Part shown: in pieces, positions 37,101 through 48,983 of the stretch
How the letters are laid out: every line of letters begins with the position of its first letter
Position numbering within the stretch: the stretch's first letter is position 1
DNA from: Podarcis liolepis
Taxonomy: Eukaryota
Direction: 5' to 3' (one strand)
NCBI GenBank assembly: GCA_965112155.1
Contig: OZ218104.1
Length of the DNA: 64,000 nt
Made by a program: the position numbers and the translations under genes
The notes under the pieces: generated by a model
The model's input: the letters and a program-made list of their open reading frames with translations, nothing else
Database searches by the model: none
Told to the model about the DNA's origin: nothing

Positions 37101-40014
37101 TGCAGAAAAGAAGCTTGTTGCTGTTTTTTAGTTGATGTTGGTATTGATTATTTTAATTTTTTCATGGTGGAGAGGGCTATCAATGGCTACTGGCCTTGAT
37201 GGCTATGCTCTCCCTCCATAATCAGAGGCAGCAATACTTCATAATATCAGTTGCTGGAAACCACGGGAAGGGAAAGGGCTCTTGTGCTCATGTTTTGCTT
37301 GCCGGTTTGACACCAGCATCTGGTTGCCACTGTAACAACAGGAGGCTGGACTTGATTGACCACTAGCCCAATCTAGCAGGCTATTCTTACATTATGTACT
37401 TAATGCATTTGATTTGCGCATGCATATTCATTTGCCAGCTGCTTTTGATGTTTGGGGTTCCAGAGAAAAGCAGGGTGTAAATATTTTTAAAAGAAATAGT
37501 CTGAGCTCCTCAGGAGTCATGTATGGCAAATGCCAGCACAGGAAAGGTCATAGCTCAGTGGTAGGGCATCTGTTTTGCATGCAGAAGGTTGGTTGTTCAT
37601 TCACCAGGTAGAACTAGGAATGTCCCCTGTTTGAAATCCTAAGAACTTTTGCCAGTTAGTACTGAGGTAGTTCTACCAATGGCTTGACTTTCTAAGACAG
37701 CTTCCTAAAATTGGTAAAGGAACCCCAGGTGTGTGCTGTGGAAACTGGAGACTTTACATCAGAACTTTTGTCGCCCTCCTAAGAAAACGTGGAAGCCTTT
37801 TCTGTGTGCAGTTAGGGTGTTTGCAGGATAGCAAGGCATGCATTTGTCATATTTTCTGAGCAGAAGTCTACAGGCAGTGCAGCAAGCCTTGGATAATAGC
37901 TGAAACAGGGGAGGGAAGAGATAGAAATCAGGACCGCCTCACTGCTACAGATGAGAGACTAGCAGCTTCCGTTGATTCCTCTCAAAGTTTTCCATCCCAT
38001 CTGGTCAACAGAATAACTTGTAACTAAGAACTTGTGCCTGAGTTTGCCTATTTCCTCCTCCCTCCCAATAGGTTTTCCTTTCGTATTGTGAATTTTTCGA
38101 TTCTAGGTTTAAGGGCATGGACTTCTTCTCTTTTTTTAATGATTTGTAGGCTGCTTTGGGAACATTTTTTGGTGGAAGAGTAGGACCAAAAATAATTAAT
38201 TAAACACATGGAATAAATTATAGTGGTATTATTTCCCTAGGCAGTTCTATGCACATATGTGTGTGGTTATACAAATCTCATTGTTGATTTAGTGTGCTAC
38301 TTTGTTGCTTTAGAATGGGCTAATCTGGTTCTTTCCTGTTTAATTGACAGTCTGCTTCTTCTCTTCCTCCTGCCCCTCTGTGTTCCAGGTATGCCCAGTC
38401 TGTTCAGCCATGCCTTGGGGTGACCCCAGTTATAAGAGTGCCAACTTCCTACAGCATCTTCTGCACAGGCACAAGTTCTCCTATGACACATTTGTGGTGG
38501 GTACCTACTGCCAAACTTACATGGGGTGCATTAGATGGCGGTCAGGAGCCCTGGTGCTCAATATTGCTTTCTGTGGGTTGGCAATTAGGACACCCTTGTT
38601 GCTTGCTTTGATGGTTTGCGGTTTTTGTTGTTATTCTTTAACATGTTCTTCCTAGGGGGTCCTTTGGGCCTGGAAAGAGGGATGAAAATATAATCTTTGA
38701 TGATAATTGTCAGAGCTGCTTGAAGATCCTAGCTCACAGAGGATCACGCTAGCCAGCGATCATTAAGTAAAAGTCTTTATTGAATTACAGTTTCCATTCT
38801 CACGCTGCTGCGCGCAACTCTACGTCTAGTAGCTAGGTCGGCGAAGCTCCGTCTGAGTCTCCGCCCCGTGTGCACCAACTTAATATCCTAGCCTTGCTCC
38901 ACCTTTTCCGCCTGACTGTCCTCCTCTGGGTCCCTCTACCCCCCGGGGCTTCTTCCTTCCGGGATTCTTCTGACGCTGACCCGGACCCTCCTGCCTCCTT
39001 GCGCCGGGCTTTAGGACCTGGTTCCCTTTCGGGGCTGCTTACTGCGCCGCCTTCCTCTGCATTTGAACTTGGCGCGCGCGCCCAACCTTCCACTTTCCTC
39101 TTAACCGTTTCTTCGCTCCCCGATGGAGGTGTGGCCACTCCTGACTCATGCCCTCCCTCCTGTGGTGAGCTGCCAGCGCTTCCCCCCTGGCTCCCTTCCT
39201 CTTCCCTGCTTCCTGGCGGTGACGCTGGTCCCGATTTCCAGCTGCTCCCCCCTGAGTCCCCTCTGGCTCTATCTTCCTGGGGTGCCCCCCTAGACTCCCC
39301 CCTTGCCCTGGCCACTGGTGCTCCTTTCTGTGAATCCTCTGATTCACTGGAAAGACTAGGAGATCTCGGGTCGTCGTCATCACTCATCTTTTCTTCTGCC
39401 TCCTCCCCTTCGCTCTCTGTTTCCTCCCTTGCCCGTGCCTCTGCTCCTAAACCCCTGACAATAATCATGGACCAAACTGATATGGGGGGGGGATGGGGAT
39501 GCTGTTGTATCAGAAATTCCACCTTCCTCCCATTTGAGAGCTCAAGTAGGTGTTCTTTCTACTCCACTCTTATAAGGAGACTTCCCTTTTGGACAACTTG
39601 GACATAATTGTTGAGATTTTAATCTTGTCCCAAGCCTTTTATTTATTTTTAAGTCAGTGTAGTGTTTAGATTGCCACGTTGGGAAACCTGGATTCGAATC
39701 CCTGCGCATTCATGAAGCTCAGTGGGTGATCTTGGGCCAGTCTTTACCTTTCAGCCTGGCCTACCGCACAAGGTTGCTGAGAGGGTGGGAGGGAAGGGTG
39801 AGGAATCAAGGACACTGCTCTGAGCGATGTGGAGGAGGAGAGAGAAAAAAGGAAGTCTTTTGGTAAAGCAATATCGGGGACGGGGCTTGGAGCAGGGAGG
39901 GAAATGCTTCCATTTGGTTCCCTGCAATGGTTCTGTCCTCATTTCCAGGACTACAGCATCGATGAAGAAGCAGCACTGCAAGCAGCGCTGGCCCTCTCCC
40001 TCTCCGAGAACTGA
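31114..40014 (+). CDS. RNF166: E3 ubiquitin ligase RNF166 (RING-HC, C2HC, Di19-type fingers, UIM; 6 exons, 253 aa)
   Basis: Exons 31114-31316 ([17 protein letters not shown]), 34961-35117 ([15 protein letters not shown]), 35706-35818, 36428-36542 ([18 protein letters not shown]), 38389-38496 ([16 protein letters not shown]), 39949-40014 ([17 protein letters not shown]). GT-AG, 762 nt in frame. Confidence 0.97.
32053..32311. mobile_element. Mariner-type MITE
   Basis: TIRs ccgtatttttcgctctataagac...gtcttatagagcaaaaaatacgg, TA flanks, internal about 30-bp hairpin cagaagccagaacagcaagagggatcgct/agcgatccctcttgctgttctggcttctg. Confidence 0.88.
32780..33450 (+). mobile_element. Decayed L2-type LINE 3' fragment (other L2-like pieces near 13260-13550, 23100-23490, 60150-60310)
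   Basis: tcaagactggattactgtaat (SRLDYCN) and ggaagctgcagctagcacagaat (KLQL.QN) L2 ORF2 remnants with stops. Boundaries approximate. Confidence 0.7.
38708..39460 (-). mobile_element. Solo LTR (753 bp, Gypsy- or ERV-type) in RNF166 intron 5, antisense to the host gene
   Basis: Termini TGTCAG...CTGACA, exact 5-bp TSD ATAAT (38703-38707 and 39461-39465), AATAAA on - near 38776-38781, CpGs retained. Confidence 0.88.
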
Positions 40015-41460
40015 GGGCAACTGCCATGTGGTGGATCGGGACTGTTCGGGGCTCTCGCTGACCTTTCCCCACACAGTGGGGAGGCACAACCCCTCACCCT
40101 TCCCTCGGCCTCCATCTAACAAGTAGGCAGCCCATTCCCTCGGCTCCTGTCCTGCCTTCTTCTGCCAGGTGGAACCTTCCTTCATTTTTCGGAGCTCAGA
40201 GGTGAGGGGATTCGATGTAGGTGCCTGAACGGGAAAATGCAGCGGGAGACCCCGGCCTCGCCCACTTCGAACTGTCGTTTGGGCCCACTTTGTACTTCCG
40301 GTTGGACATTCCATATGTAACTTCAGCGCAGAGGGTATATTTTATTAAGATGCTTTTACTAAGATTTTAGCACTGTTGGCCCTCATCCTGTTTGCGGTTT
40401 ATATAGCAACAACGCATTTTGTGGGGAACTCTGTAGTTTAAACCTTTTTTTAAAAAAAAGAAATATCGCCTGTGGTTTTTGTTAAGTCATTTGGGGTTTT
40501 TAAAATTATTATTTAAAAGAAGAAGAACAAGCATGGGACACAGGCACTTTGTAGGACTATTTATTACGCCCTTGGGGAGCAAATTGCTTACCACTCAGCC
40601 ATTGCAACAGAGGCAGCAAATGCTGGGAGTGCATGGAAATGCCAAAGAAAGGCATTTCAAAAGGACCCAGAATCCCCAAGTCAGGTTAGGAAGCCATTCC
40701 TAGCCACATGCATCTTTCTCTCCCTTTCCCTTCTGCACCCCCTCCCCCCCAAAAAACCCTTCCTCATTTTGTACCGGCTTTTGTGATAACTCTACATGCA
40801 GCCTTTCCCAGCCCGGTGCATTCCAGGTGAGTTGGACCACAGTCCCCATCAGCACCAGCTGGGAGTTGTAGTCCAAAACTCCTGGGAGCCCCATGCTGCC
40901 TGAGGCTGCCATGCAGGTATGTCTGGGGGGGGGATTTTTTTCTACATCTATCGGTGTGACAATACTCTTTTCACATTTTATAGAGAGAAAAACAAAACAG
41001 TTAACTGTTGATACTGCAATATCTGTGTTTGACTAGGAACAATAGTATTTTTATGGAGCATTATTTTTTAAAGTATATTTTTTAAAGAAAAAAGAGGTAT
41101 GTATTCAAGAATTTCAGGGTGGGGGTGGGGGGCATGCCAGAACCTGGAGTGGAGAAGGGGCTTCCTTTCATTAACACTGGAGCAATCGGACTATTGTCGT
41201 TGTCTTGTTTTTCAATATTTCTCTTCTCTTCCCCCCCACCCCCCACAAAAAAAGGAAAAAGATCTTTGTTGAAATGACCTTTCTGGGTTTCCTTTTCTCC
41301 AAGTAACAATCCTTTCTTTTTAGAAGCTAGAGGGGGGAGAGAGCAACTTGTGTGGCCATTTCAGGTTGTCATAAGCTGTTACACGCCACAAGGTACTACA
41401 AGATTTTATCATCCAGGTATCATGTTAATGGATCAGCAGGTCCAAAGTAGACTTGAAAGA

Positions 41461-41466
41461 AATAAA
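41461..41466 (+). terminator. RNF166 polyadenylation signal
   Basis: AATAAA about 1.45 kb after the stop, followed by GT-rich ggtgtctgtttgtgtct. Confidence 0.6.
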
Positions 41467-42384
41467 AGCTGTGAATAAGCTACAGTATATGGTGTCTGTT
41501 TGTGTCTCTAGTACGAAGAATCTGCTCAAAACGGGCACCTCATAGCACATCCTGGGGGTGGGGTTACATGCCCTCTAGATTATTTTACAGTTGGGAAGTT
41601 TCACGGTACAGTGTTTAAAATGGACAACTTCCACTGGAGTCCACAGAGCCCTGCCAGCCACCCTGATAATGCACCCCCCCCCCGGGAACAGTTTTTCAGA
41701 TGAGGATTCAAAACTGAAGCCCTCCCTACATTCTCAAGGGTTGCAGTCAACCTTCTGTCACCTCATTCTATATATCTGGCCTAATTTACTTCCTAGCATA
41801 GATTTTGAGGTTCGGAGGGATGGGGACATTGTGCTGTAGACAACAGAGTCTCCACTAGGAGGAGCAGCAGCCTCAGTGCTACGCTTCCCAGCCTGCAGAT
41901 CTTCCTTGCTTGAGCTGCCTTTGGCTGAAATCAGGCATGGCTCTCTTGGAGCCTCTTCCAAATGGTTTTGGAATGCAAGCAGACTTAACCCCTGTACTGC
42001 CGCACAAATTTCCTGGCCTTTGGATAGGAAGGGGCCCATGCCCCAGGTTTGAATCTCCCCAAGTGAGTTGGCTGTTTGAGGTCACTCTTATCCCAGGCAC
42101 AGGGCTCAGCAAAGAATCTGTGGGAAAGGACAATATGATCTGCATGAGAAAGAAGCTCCTGTGTGGGCCGTACAAATTGTCCATCAGGGTATTGGAGCCC
42201 TTCCTGTTTGCCTTTTCCAACCTGGTGCCCTCCAGATGTTTAGTACTTCAAATTGCGCCAGCACAGCCATAATATAGTGTGGCTGATGGGAGTCATCTTA
42301 AACATCTGGAAGGTGCCAGGTTGAGGAAGCCTGGCATACAATAAGGGGAGCGGTACTCATGGGCATGAGCGGTACTTCCAAGGA

Positions 42385-42662
42385 AGCTGAAGATTCAGGG
42401 CAGGTAAAAGAAAGTGCTTCATCTAACACAAAGTTAAACTTTGGAGCTCACTCCAATAGGAAGCAGCGATGGCCAGCAACCTAGATGGCTTTAAAGGAGG
42501 ATTGAACAAATTAATGGAGAATCATGTTATCAGTGGCTACTAGCCATGATGGCTATGCTCTGCCTCCACCGTTGCAGGCAGTAATGCTTCTGAATACAGT
42601 GGCTGGAAACCACAGGAGGGGTTTTGTGCTCTTGTGCTCAGGTCCTGTTTGCAGGTTTCCCA
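42385..42662 (+). mobile_element. Old CR1-type 3' fragment (related copies about 46000-46700, 55870-56195, 61830-62000; minus copies about 16015, 20995, 21640, 25043)
   Basis: Recurrent gttaaactatggaactc...gatggctttaaaagaggattagacaaatt...ggctatgctctgcctcc...gaataccagttgctggaaacc...ggactagatgg...ttcttatg block. Boundaries approximate. Confidence 0.7.
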
Positions 42663-44500
42663 ATTCAAGAGAAGGGAGAAAGGGAGATTTTGTTGGCAGT
42701 TTAGGGAGCCAAGTATCGCTTAGCCTGGCGAGCTGTTAGTCCCACAGCAAGGCTAGCAGGTGTTGTGCATTTTATCTGCTGCAAATGTCCCAGAGTACTG
42801 GAATGCCAAAACAGTCTGACTTCCTGAGCCAATTGAGATAAGCCTGGCTCAGATCAGGAGTCCTTGTTTCCCAAGCACACCACCTACTGACTCATTAACT
42901 CCTGCCAGTGGGACTAACAAGCCTGGGTTTCGTCACCACAGGCCCCTCTTCAGCCTCATGTTTTCAGTCTCTCCCCCTGCCTGCCTGACAGCTGAATCAA
43001 TGCTCAGCATCTTTTATCAGGGGTGACGCAGGATGCAAGGAGCATCTTATCTCCTGCCTGGCTTCTGTCAACAGCACAGCCCCAACCTGCAGCTTCTTCA
43101 AGGGCCATAATCACGGCTGTCTCAACTTCAAAGGCCTTGTCTCTTTCGTCAAGTTCTTTTAATGAGGCCAGAGTGCTTAACGACTTCATTATACTTCACC
43201 CCCCCCCTTGCACTTCCTTGCCTGCCTCTTAAATGTGCACAGAGGTCATTGAAGCAATGGAAAACTCCACTCTGTGTTGAGAAATCCTGATGGAGAAGGG
43301 GGTTGGAGGGATTCAGCAAGTGAGCTGCGACACTGAATAAGTTGATAGGATGCGCCAAGAAACCTAACACTGCCAACTTGGAACACCTGTAGAGCTGTAT
43401 GGACTAATGCCAATGCTGGACAGCTGGTGCCACATAGCGACTGATGCAATTTTATGCGTACTTTAACAGTAAGACCCACTGGGGCTTCCATGTGTACAGG
43501 ATTGCAGCCTAAGCAACTGAGCTACAAGCCAGCCATTCCTCACTTCAAATGTGACTTCTGCCATGAATGCTTTGTAGGTAGCCTTGGCCTCCCCCATGTT
43601 TTATGGCCTACCTTACAAGGGTGGAGTAAGGATTACAGCTAGGTAATGTGTGGGGAACCTTTGCCCCTCCACAGGTGGCTGAACAACTATCATCCCTAGT
43701 CATTGACCATGCTGCCCGTGCCTGACGGAAGCGGCTGTTCAGCAACACCTGGAGAGACAAACATCTCCCACCCCTGATCTATATGAAGTCCTTTGGAAAC
43801 ACACTGTAAATGCTTATTTAACATTCAACAGCCTTCCGCAGCCTGATGCCCTCTATTTGGTTTGGACAACAGCGCCCATTGGCTGTGCTGCTTGGGGCTG
43901 ATAGAGGCTGTAGTCCAAACCAGCTGGGGGGGGGGGATTGGAAAGTTCAGTATATGCCATACCAAGGATGTGCCATTGAACTCCCAGTGTCACAGAAGCA
44001 CAGAGGAGGGCCTGTATCTCATGGGAGGGAGCATCAGCTGCTTTGCATGCAGGGAGCCCCTAGTTCCATCCCCAGCATCTCCAGTGAAAAAGTCCATTGG
44101 CAATCACTGTTGTCTACACTGACTGGCACCAGAGGCTCTGCTTGGACAACTTTGCATCAAGCAAACTTCTTATCGCTTTCCCCACCCCAGTAAGTATAAC
44201 ACAGTCCAGCAGCACCCTGACTACTTCTGGGCAGAGTTCAGCAAGGTGAAGTAGCTACTGAGGATTGGAATAGAAGGCAAAGAAATGTCTGTATGGCTAT
44301 TGTCCCTATTTCTAAAGAGCCCTTTTTCAGGTCTCCATGCCGGGATGTTTAGGAAGGGACAATCATGCCATCGAAGAAGCGTACTGCCTCACTTTGCTAT
44401 TTCCAAACAGATTAGGAACATCTACACACACTCAGATCTTGTTGGGCTCCAAATTCCCATGAGCTCCTGCTGCTGGCATGGCTAATAGGGAAAATGAGTG

Positions 44501-45300
44501 GGAAAGGAGCAAGAAACAAGAAATGGAACACCCCATAGGCTCTACCTTTAAGTATGGAGGCCTAGCTGGGAAAAGCATAGATCCTGTTGGGCCGGAGCTT
44601 CTCCAAGATTTGGTGTTTAGTATCAAGCTCTATCAAAAAGACCGGCAGAGAGGAACTGAGAGACAATCAAGCGCCTCGGACGTGAGATCTCCAGGCTGAT
44701 AGTAGATTAAGACTGATGGACATTTTTGGGGACTGAAACCGGGAAAGGGGGGGTGGAGTTTGGGATTCCAAAGGGTTCATAATTACAATTTATTTTGTTG
44801 CTTTTATTTTTTCTTATCATTGTTATGTAAATTGGGAAATTCGTGGAAGGGAACCTTGGTCGGCCTTAGAAAAAATGGTTTAAGAATAAGAACTGATGTA
44901 TAAGTTCGATGATTAAGTTTGGATAAGGTAAAACTGGATTTTGTAAATGAACTAAACTAAATGAAGATAAGGTTATCAAAAATAAACTGAAGAAAGGGAT
45001 GAGAAACACTGCAAAATTAATGAATGTTAGAACGATGACGGCTTAGAAGCTAGATGGTTTATAGCAATAATGTTCAAGTTAAAAAAAAAGAAAGGTTAAA
45101 ACTAAATGAAATTAAGGGAGAGGACTTGCTGAATAAATATTTTGAAATTGGAATACAGAAAGGGGAGGTAGGAGGAGGTCAGCGAAGTAAGGCATAAGAA
45201 AATAAGGGATTGAAATTATACTTGTTCTTTTTTGTCTGTGTTTTGTTTGTTTTTCTTTTGTATATAATTTCTGAAACTGCAATAAAAATCTATTTTAAAA
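44501..45300 (+). mobile_element. 5'-truncated retroposed element with an L1-type 3' end (possibly HAL1-like)
   Basis: Exact 17-bp TSD AATAGGGAAAATGAGTG (44484-44500 and 45301-45317), AATAAA plus A-rich tail, 3' motif ggggaggtaggaggaggtc similar to the L1 at 51240-52257. Confidence 0.85.
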
Positions 45301-46071
45301 AATAGGGAAAATGAGTGTCACAGGCTCCTCATCTCTGAGATCAAAGGATCCACTGACAGGTGATGTGGGGATGGAAGGAGCTGCTTGAGACCCCAAGGAA
45401 CCACTGGAGACTAGGCAGATGTATAAATAGGACAGATCTTGTATAAAGCAACATTTTTTGTTTTGTTCCTACATTAACATGGCAGCACCTCCAAGCATGT
45501 ACAGAGCACTCTCCTCATTATTGTCAACTCAGGTCAGAGAGTGTGGCCTTTGTTCTTCCCCATACACCCTTTCTTTATCCCCCCACCTTAGATCTGCTTC
45601 TCAGGCTTGCTGTTCGACACCCAGGAGATGACCCTTCTGAGAACAGCTTTTCCCCATCTCTTGCGTCTGAGCCAATATTTGTTCTGAGTGACTTTGGTAC
45701 AAGCAGTCATTTCCTGCTGGTCACTGGGTCTGGATGGAGGAGGGAGAATGGGGAAGGCTTTGCTGTTTGGTCAGTTAAGGAGTGGTGACTGCATAAGAGA
45801 ATCAACACAAGAAATGAGTCTTTGGACTCCTTAAAGGCTCACCGCTTTATGGTGGCATCATAAAGCAGGGGTGGGGGAACATCTGTGGACCTCCAGATGT
45901 TGTTGGACAACAACTCCCATCTGCCCCAGCCAGCATGGCCAATGGCCAGGGATGGTGATGGGACTTGCAGTGCCATGATCAAAGAGTTTAAAATTATGCA
46001 TGGCATGGAGAAAGTGGTCTCACAACAGTAGAACTCATGGTCATTCAATGAAATTAAATGCTAAAAGATTA

Positions 46072-46409
46072 AAGGTAAAGGTAAAGGGACCCCTGACCAT
46101 TAGGTCCAGTCGTGACCGACTCTGGGGTTGTGCCGCTCATCTCGCCTTATTGGCCGAGGGAGCCAGCGTACAGCTTCCGGGTCATGTGGCCAGCATGACT
46201 AAGCCGCTTCTGGCAAACCAGAGCAGCACATGGAAACGCCGTTTACCTTCCCACCGGAGCGGTCCCTATTTATCTACTTGCACTTTGACGTGCTTTCAAA
46301 CTGCTAGGTTGGCAGGAGCAGGGACTGAGCAACGGGAGCTCACCCCGTCATGGGGATTCGAACCGCCGACCTTCGGATCGGCAAGTCCTAGGCTCTGTGG
46401 TTTAACCCA
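46072..46409 (-). mobile_element. Sauria SINE inserted in an older CR1-type fragment
   Basis: Reverse-complement match to the 11169-11517 copy, (aaaggt)n tail, TSD-like ctaaaagatta/ctagaagatta. Confidence 0.92.
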
Positions 46410-47651
46410 CTAGAAGATTAGGACAGATTTAAAAAGTGCTTCTTCACACCGCACATAGTTAAACTATGGAACTCACTGCCACAGGAAGCAGTGATGGCCA
46501 CCAACCTGAATGGCTTTAAAAAGAGGATTAGGCAAATTCGTGGAGTTTAAGGCTGTCAATGGCTTCTAGCCAATATGACTATGCTGTGCCACCATGGTTG
46601 GTCGGAGGCAGTAATGCTTCTGAATATCCATTGCTGGAAACCACAGGGCAAGTACTCTTGTGTTGGGATCCTGCTTAAGGGTTTCCTGCAGACATCTTTG
46701 TGCTAGATGCACAAACCATTACACACACACACCGATTCAGAGAAAATGAGTTGCAGGCAATGGAAGCTGAAGGGCCGGGGTGGGGGGTGGAATGCTAAAG
46801 GTAGGAATATGGAACTGTCACATTTCCCTGCAGAGCACAAACACACACAAGAAAAAACCAGACCTTTTTTAACAGTAGGCGTTGGCGATGAATCCGCCAA
46901 GCAAGAAATGATTGCATTAACGCAGAAATGGGGACAGTCCTTTTCTGATGGGAGAAAGATAACCCCACTCTTGATTGAGTCTGCTCTGAATTGAATTTGC
47001 CAGCAAAAACTTTAGTCATCTCACTTTGGGCTAGACATAGATGAGACCTTTTGGCAGGTGCCTGCAAGGCAGATTCTTTTGTCTTTATACCGCCTCTTCA
47101 CGGAGCAAAACTCTAGAAATGTAACAGTGTCATCAAAGTGAGAAAATGCCATGACGCCTTTAAGAACCAAATGTTCGAATGTGGCACTAGCACCTTTACA
47201 GGTCGTGTAGGCTGCACGCGTTGTCTGGCAGGAAGTGGCTAGTGGGCTTTTCTGATGTGGTTGGGGACCTGGGCAAAAAGAGGTGTCATGCTTCCTCTGC
47301 CTGCCACCGCTCCGTTGCTCTGATGTCAGAGGGGTCAGCGCAGGCAGCCTGGGGCTCCGTAGCTGGGTGCTAAAAGGAACCTAGGAGGACAATGTTAAAA
47401 GGCAGCAAGTGGCCTTTGCTAAATGAGGAGGAAACTTCGCTAGAACCTGCTTAACACATTGCTAGAGTGGTATTCAAAGCTTCTTGACAGAAACTCCTGG
47501 CCGTAGGCAGATGGCACCAATTGCTCATTACGTTTGCTATGTATGACAATCGCTGCCTTCACAGGAACAGAGGAAGCTGCCTCAAGTGAAGTCAAACCCA
47601 CACTTAGTATTGCCTGCACTGGCTGGCAGCAGCTCCCCAAATTTTCTAGGG

Positions 47652-47787
47652 CAGGCATAGGCAAACTCGGCCCTCCTGACGTTTTGGGACTACAACTCCC
47701 GTCATCTCTACCTAACAGGACCAGTGGTCAGGGATGGTGGGAGTTGTAGTCCCAAAACATCTGGAGGACCAAGTTTGCCTATGCCTG
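47652..47787. mobile_element. hAT MITE
   Basis: TIRs caggcataggcaaact...agtttgcctatgcctg, TSD ttctaggg/tgctaggg. Confidence 0.85.
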
Positions 47788-47989
47788 TGCTAGGGATTGA
47801 ACCTAGGATGTTCTGCATGCAAAGCAGCTGCTCTATCACTGAGCTATGGCCCTTCTAATAGGACTGCAGAAGAAGGAAGGCTTCCTTTGTCAAAGGACTC
47901 TGAAGCAGGGTGTCTTCACCCTTGCTATTTCCCATCTGTTCTCAAGCATCCCTGTAGCAAGGGGTAGGCAACTGGGCAGTGCTTCAAAG

Positions 47990-48240
47990 AGAGCCAGTGT
48001 GGTGTAGTGGTTAAGAGCGGTAGTCTTGCAATCTGGGGAACCGGGTTCGCGTCTCTGCTCCTCCACATGTAGCTGCTGGGTGACCTTGGGCTAGTCACAC
48101 TTCTTTGAAGTCTCTCAGCCCCACTCACCTCACAGAGTGTTTGTTGTGGGGGAGGAAGGGAAAGGAGAATGTTAACTGCTTTGAGACTCCTTAGGGTAGT
48201 GATAAAGTGGGATATCAAATCCAAACTCTTCTTCTTCTTC
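47990..48240 (+). mobile_element. tRNA-headed CORE SINE (Squam3/MIR-like; older copies about 5370-5570, 39655-39830, 58665-58895, 60047-60135, 63480-63690)
   Basis: gagccagtgtggtgtagtggttaagag head, CORE gggtgaccttgggctagtcac, (ttc)n tail. Confidence 0.85.
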
Positions 48241-48845
48241 TGGGGAGGGGGTGGGAAGGCAGGTGTCTTCAATGAAACCCCGATACCCTACTTCCTGACT
48301 CCCTCCAGTTTTAGCAATATCTTACTTACTTACTTTCTTATTTTGTATACCACCCTTAGTCTGAAAATCACAGGGCAGTTCACAACATAAAAATACAAAA
48401 TGAGAACACAAAATACAGAATAAAACAAAAAGAAGCCAATCCAGAAGGATATCTTGGTTGATGGTATCTGAAGCCTCTGAGAGGCCAAAGAGAATTAACA
48501 GGGGCACATTTCCCCTAGCTCTCTCCTGACATGCGTCATCATACAGGGCAACCAAAGCAGCTTCTGTGCCAAAACCGGCCCTGAACCCAGACTGAAATGG
48601 ATCTAGAAAATCATGTCACTCTGTAGCTTTTTCCAAGCAAGAGTTAAAGCAGACATCACAAAAAGGCAATGGAGACTGTCCCCCTCTGTCCCCTCCATAA
48701 TCGCAGCACTGCTTCCACCTTTTAAAAAGGTGCACCTGCACCTTTTAAAAAGGTGTTTGGAGGGGCCATAGTCCAGTAGATTAGAGCACGTGCTTTGCAT
48801 GCAGAAGGTACCAGGTTCAATCCCCTGCATTCCCAGCTCTGTCTG

Positions 48846-48983
48846 AGCTAGTAGAGCATGAGACTCTTAATCTCAGGGTTGTGGGTTTGAGCCCCATGTT
48901 GGGTAAAAGTTTTCTGCATTGCAGGGGGTTGGACTAGATGACCCTCGTGGTCCTTCCAGCACTACAATACTATGATTCTATGA
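48846..48983 (+). mobile_element. tRNA-Lys(CTT)-derived SINE with a CR1 3' tail, nested in a tRNA-Ala-like SINE
   Basis: gtagagcatgagactcttaatctcagggttgtgggtttgagccccatgttggg matches tRNA-Lys-CTT with CpG decay, fused to gcagggggttggactagatgaccc...tatgattctatga (CR1 tail). Confidence 0.8.

Noticed and set aside
38870-39607. 245-aa plus ORF across the LTR
   Set aside because: A-poor strand makes stops rare; low-complexity Pro/Ser/Leu, non-ATG start, runs past the LTR edge.
43004-43491. Three overlapping short minus ORFs between RNF166 and SNAI3
   Set aside because: No recognisable domain or consistent splice structure; cannot support a gene or pseudogene.
48846-48904. tRNA-Lys(CTT) gene
   Set aside because: 5' acceptor/D-arm degraded, CpG-decay changes in the T-arm and direct fusion to a CR1 tail indicate a SINE.
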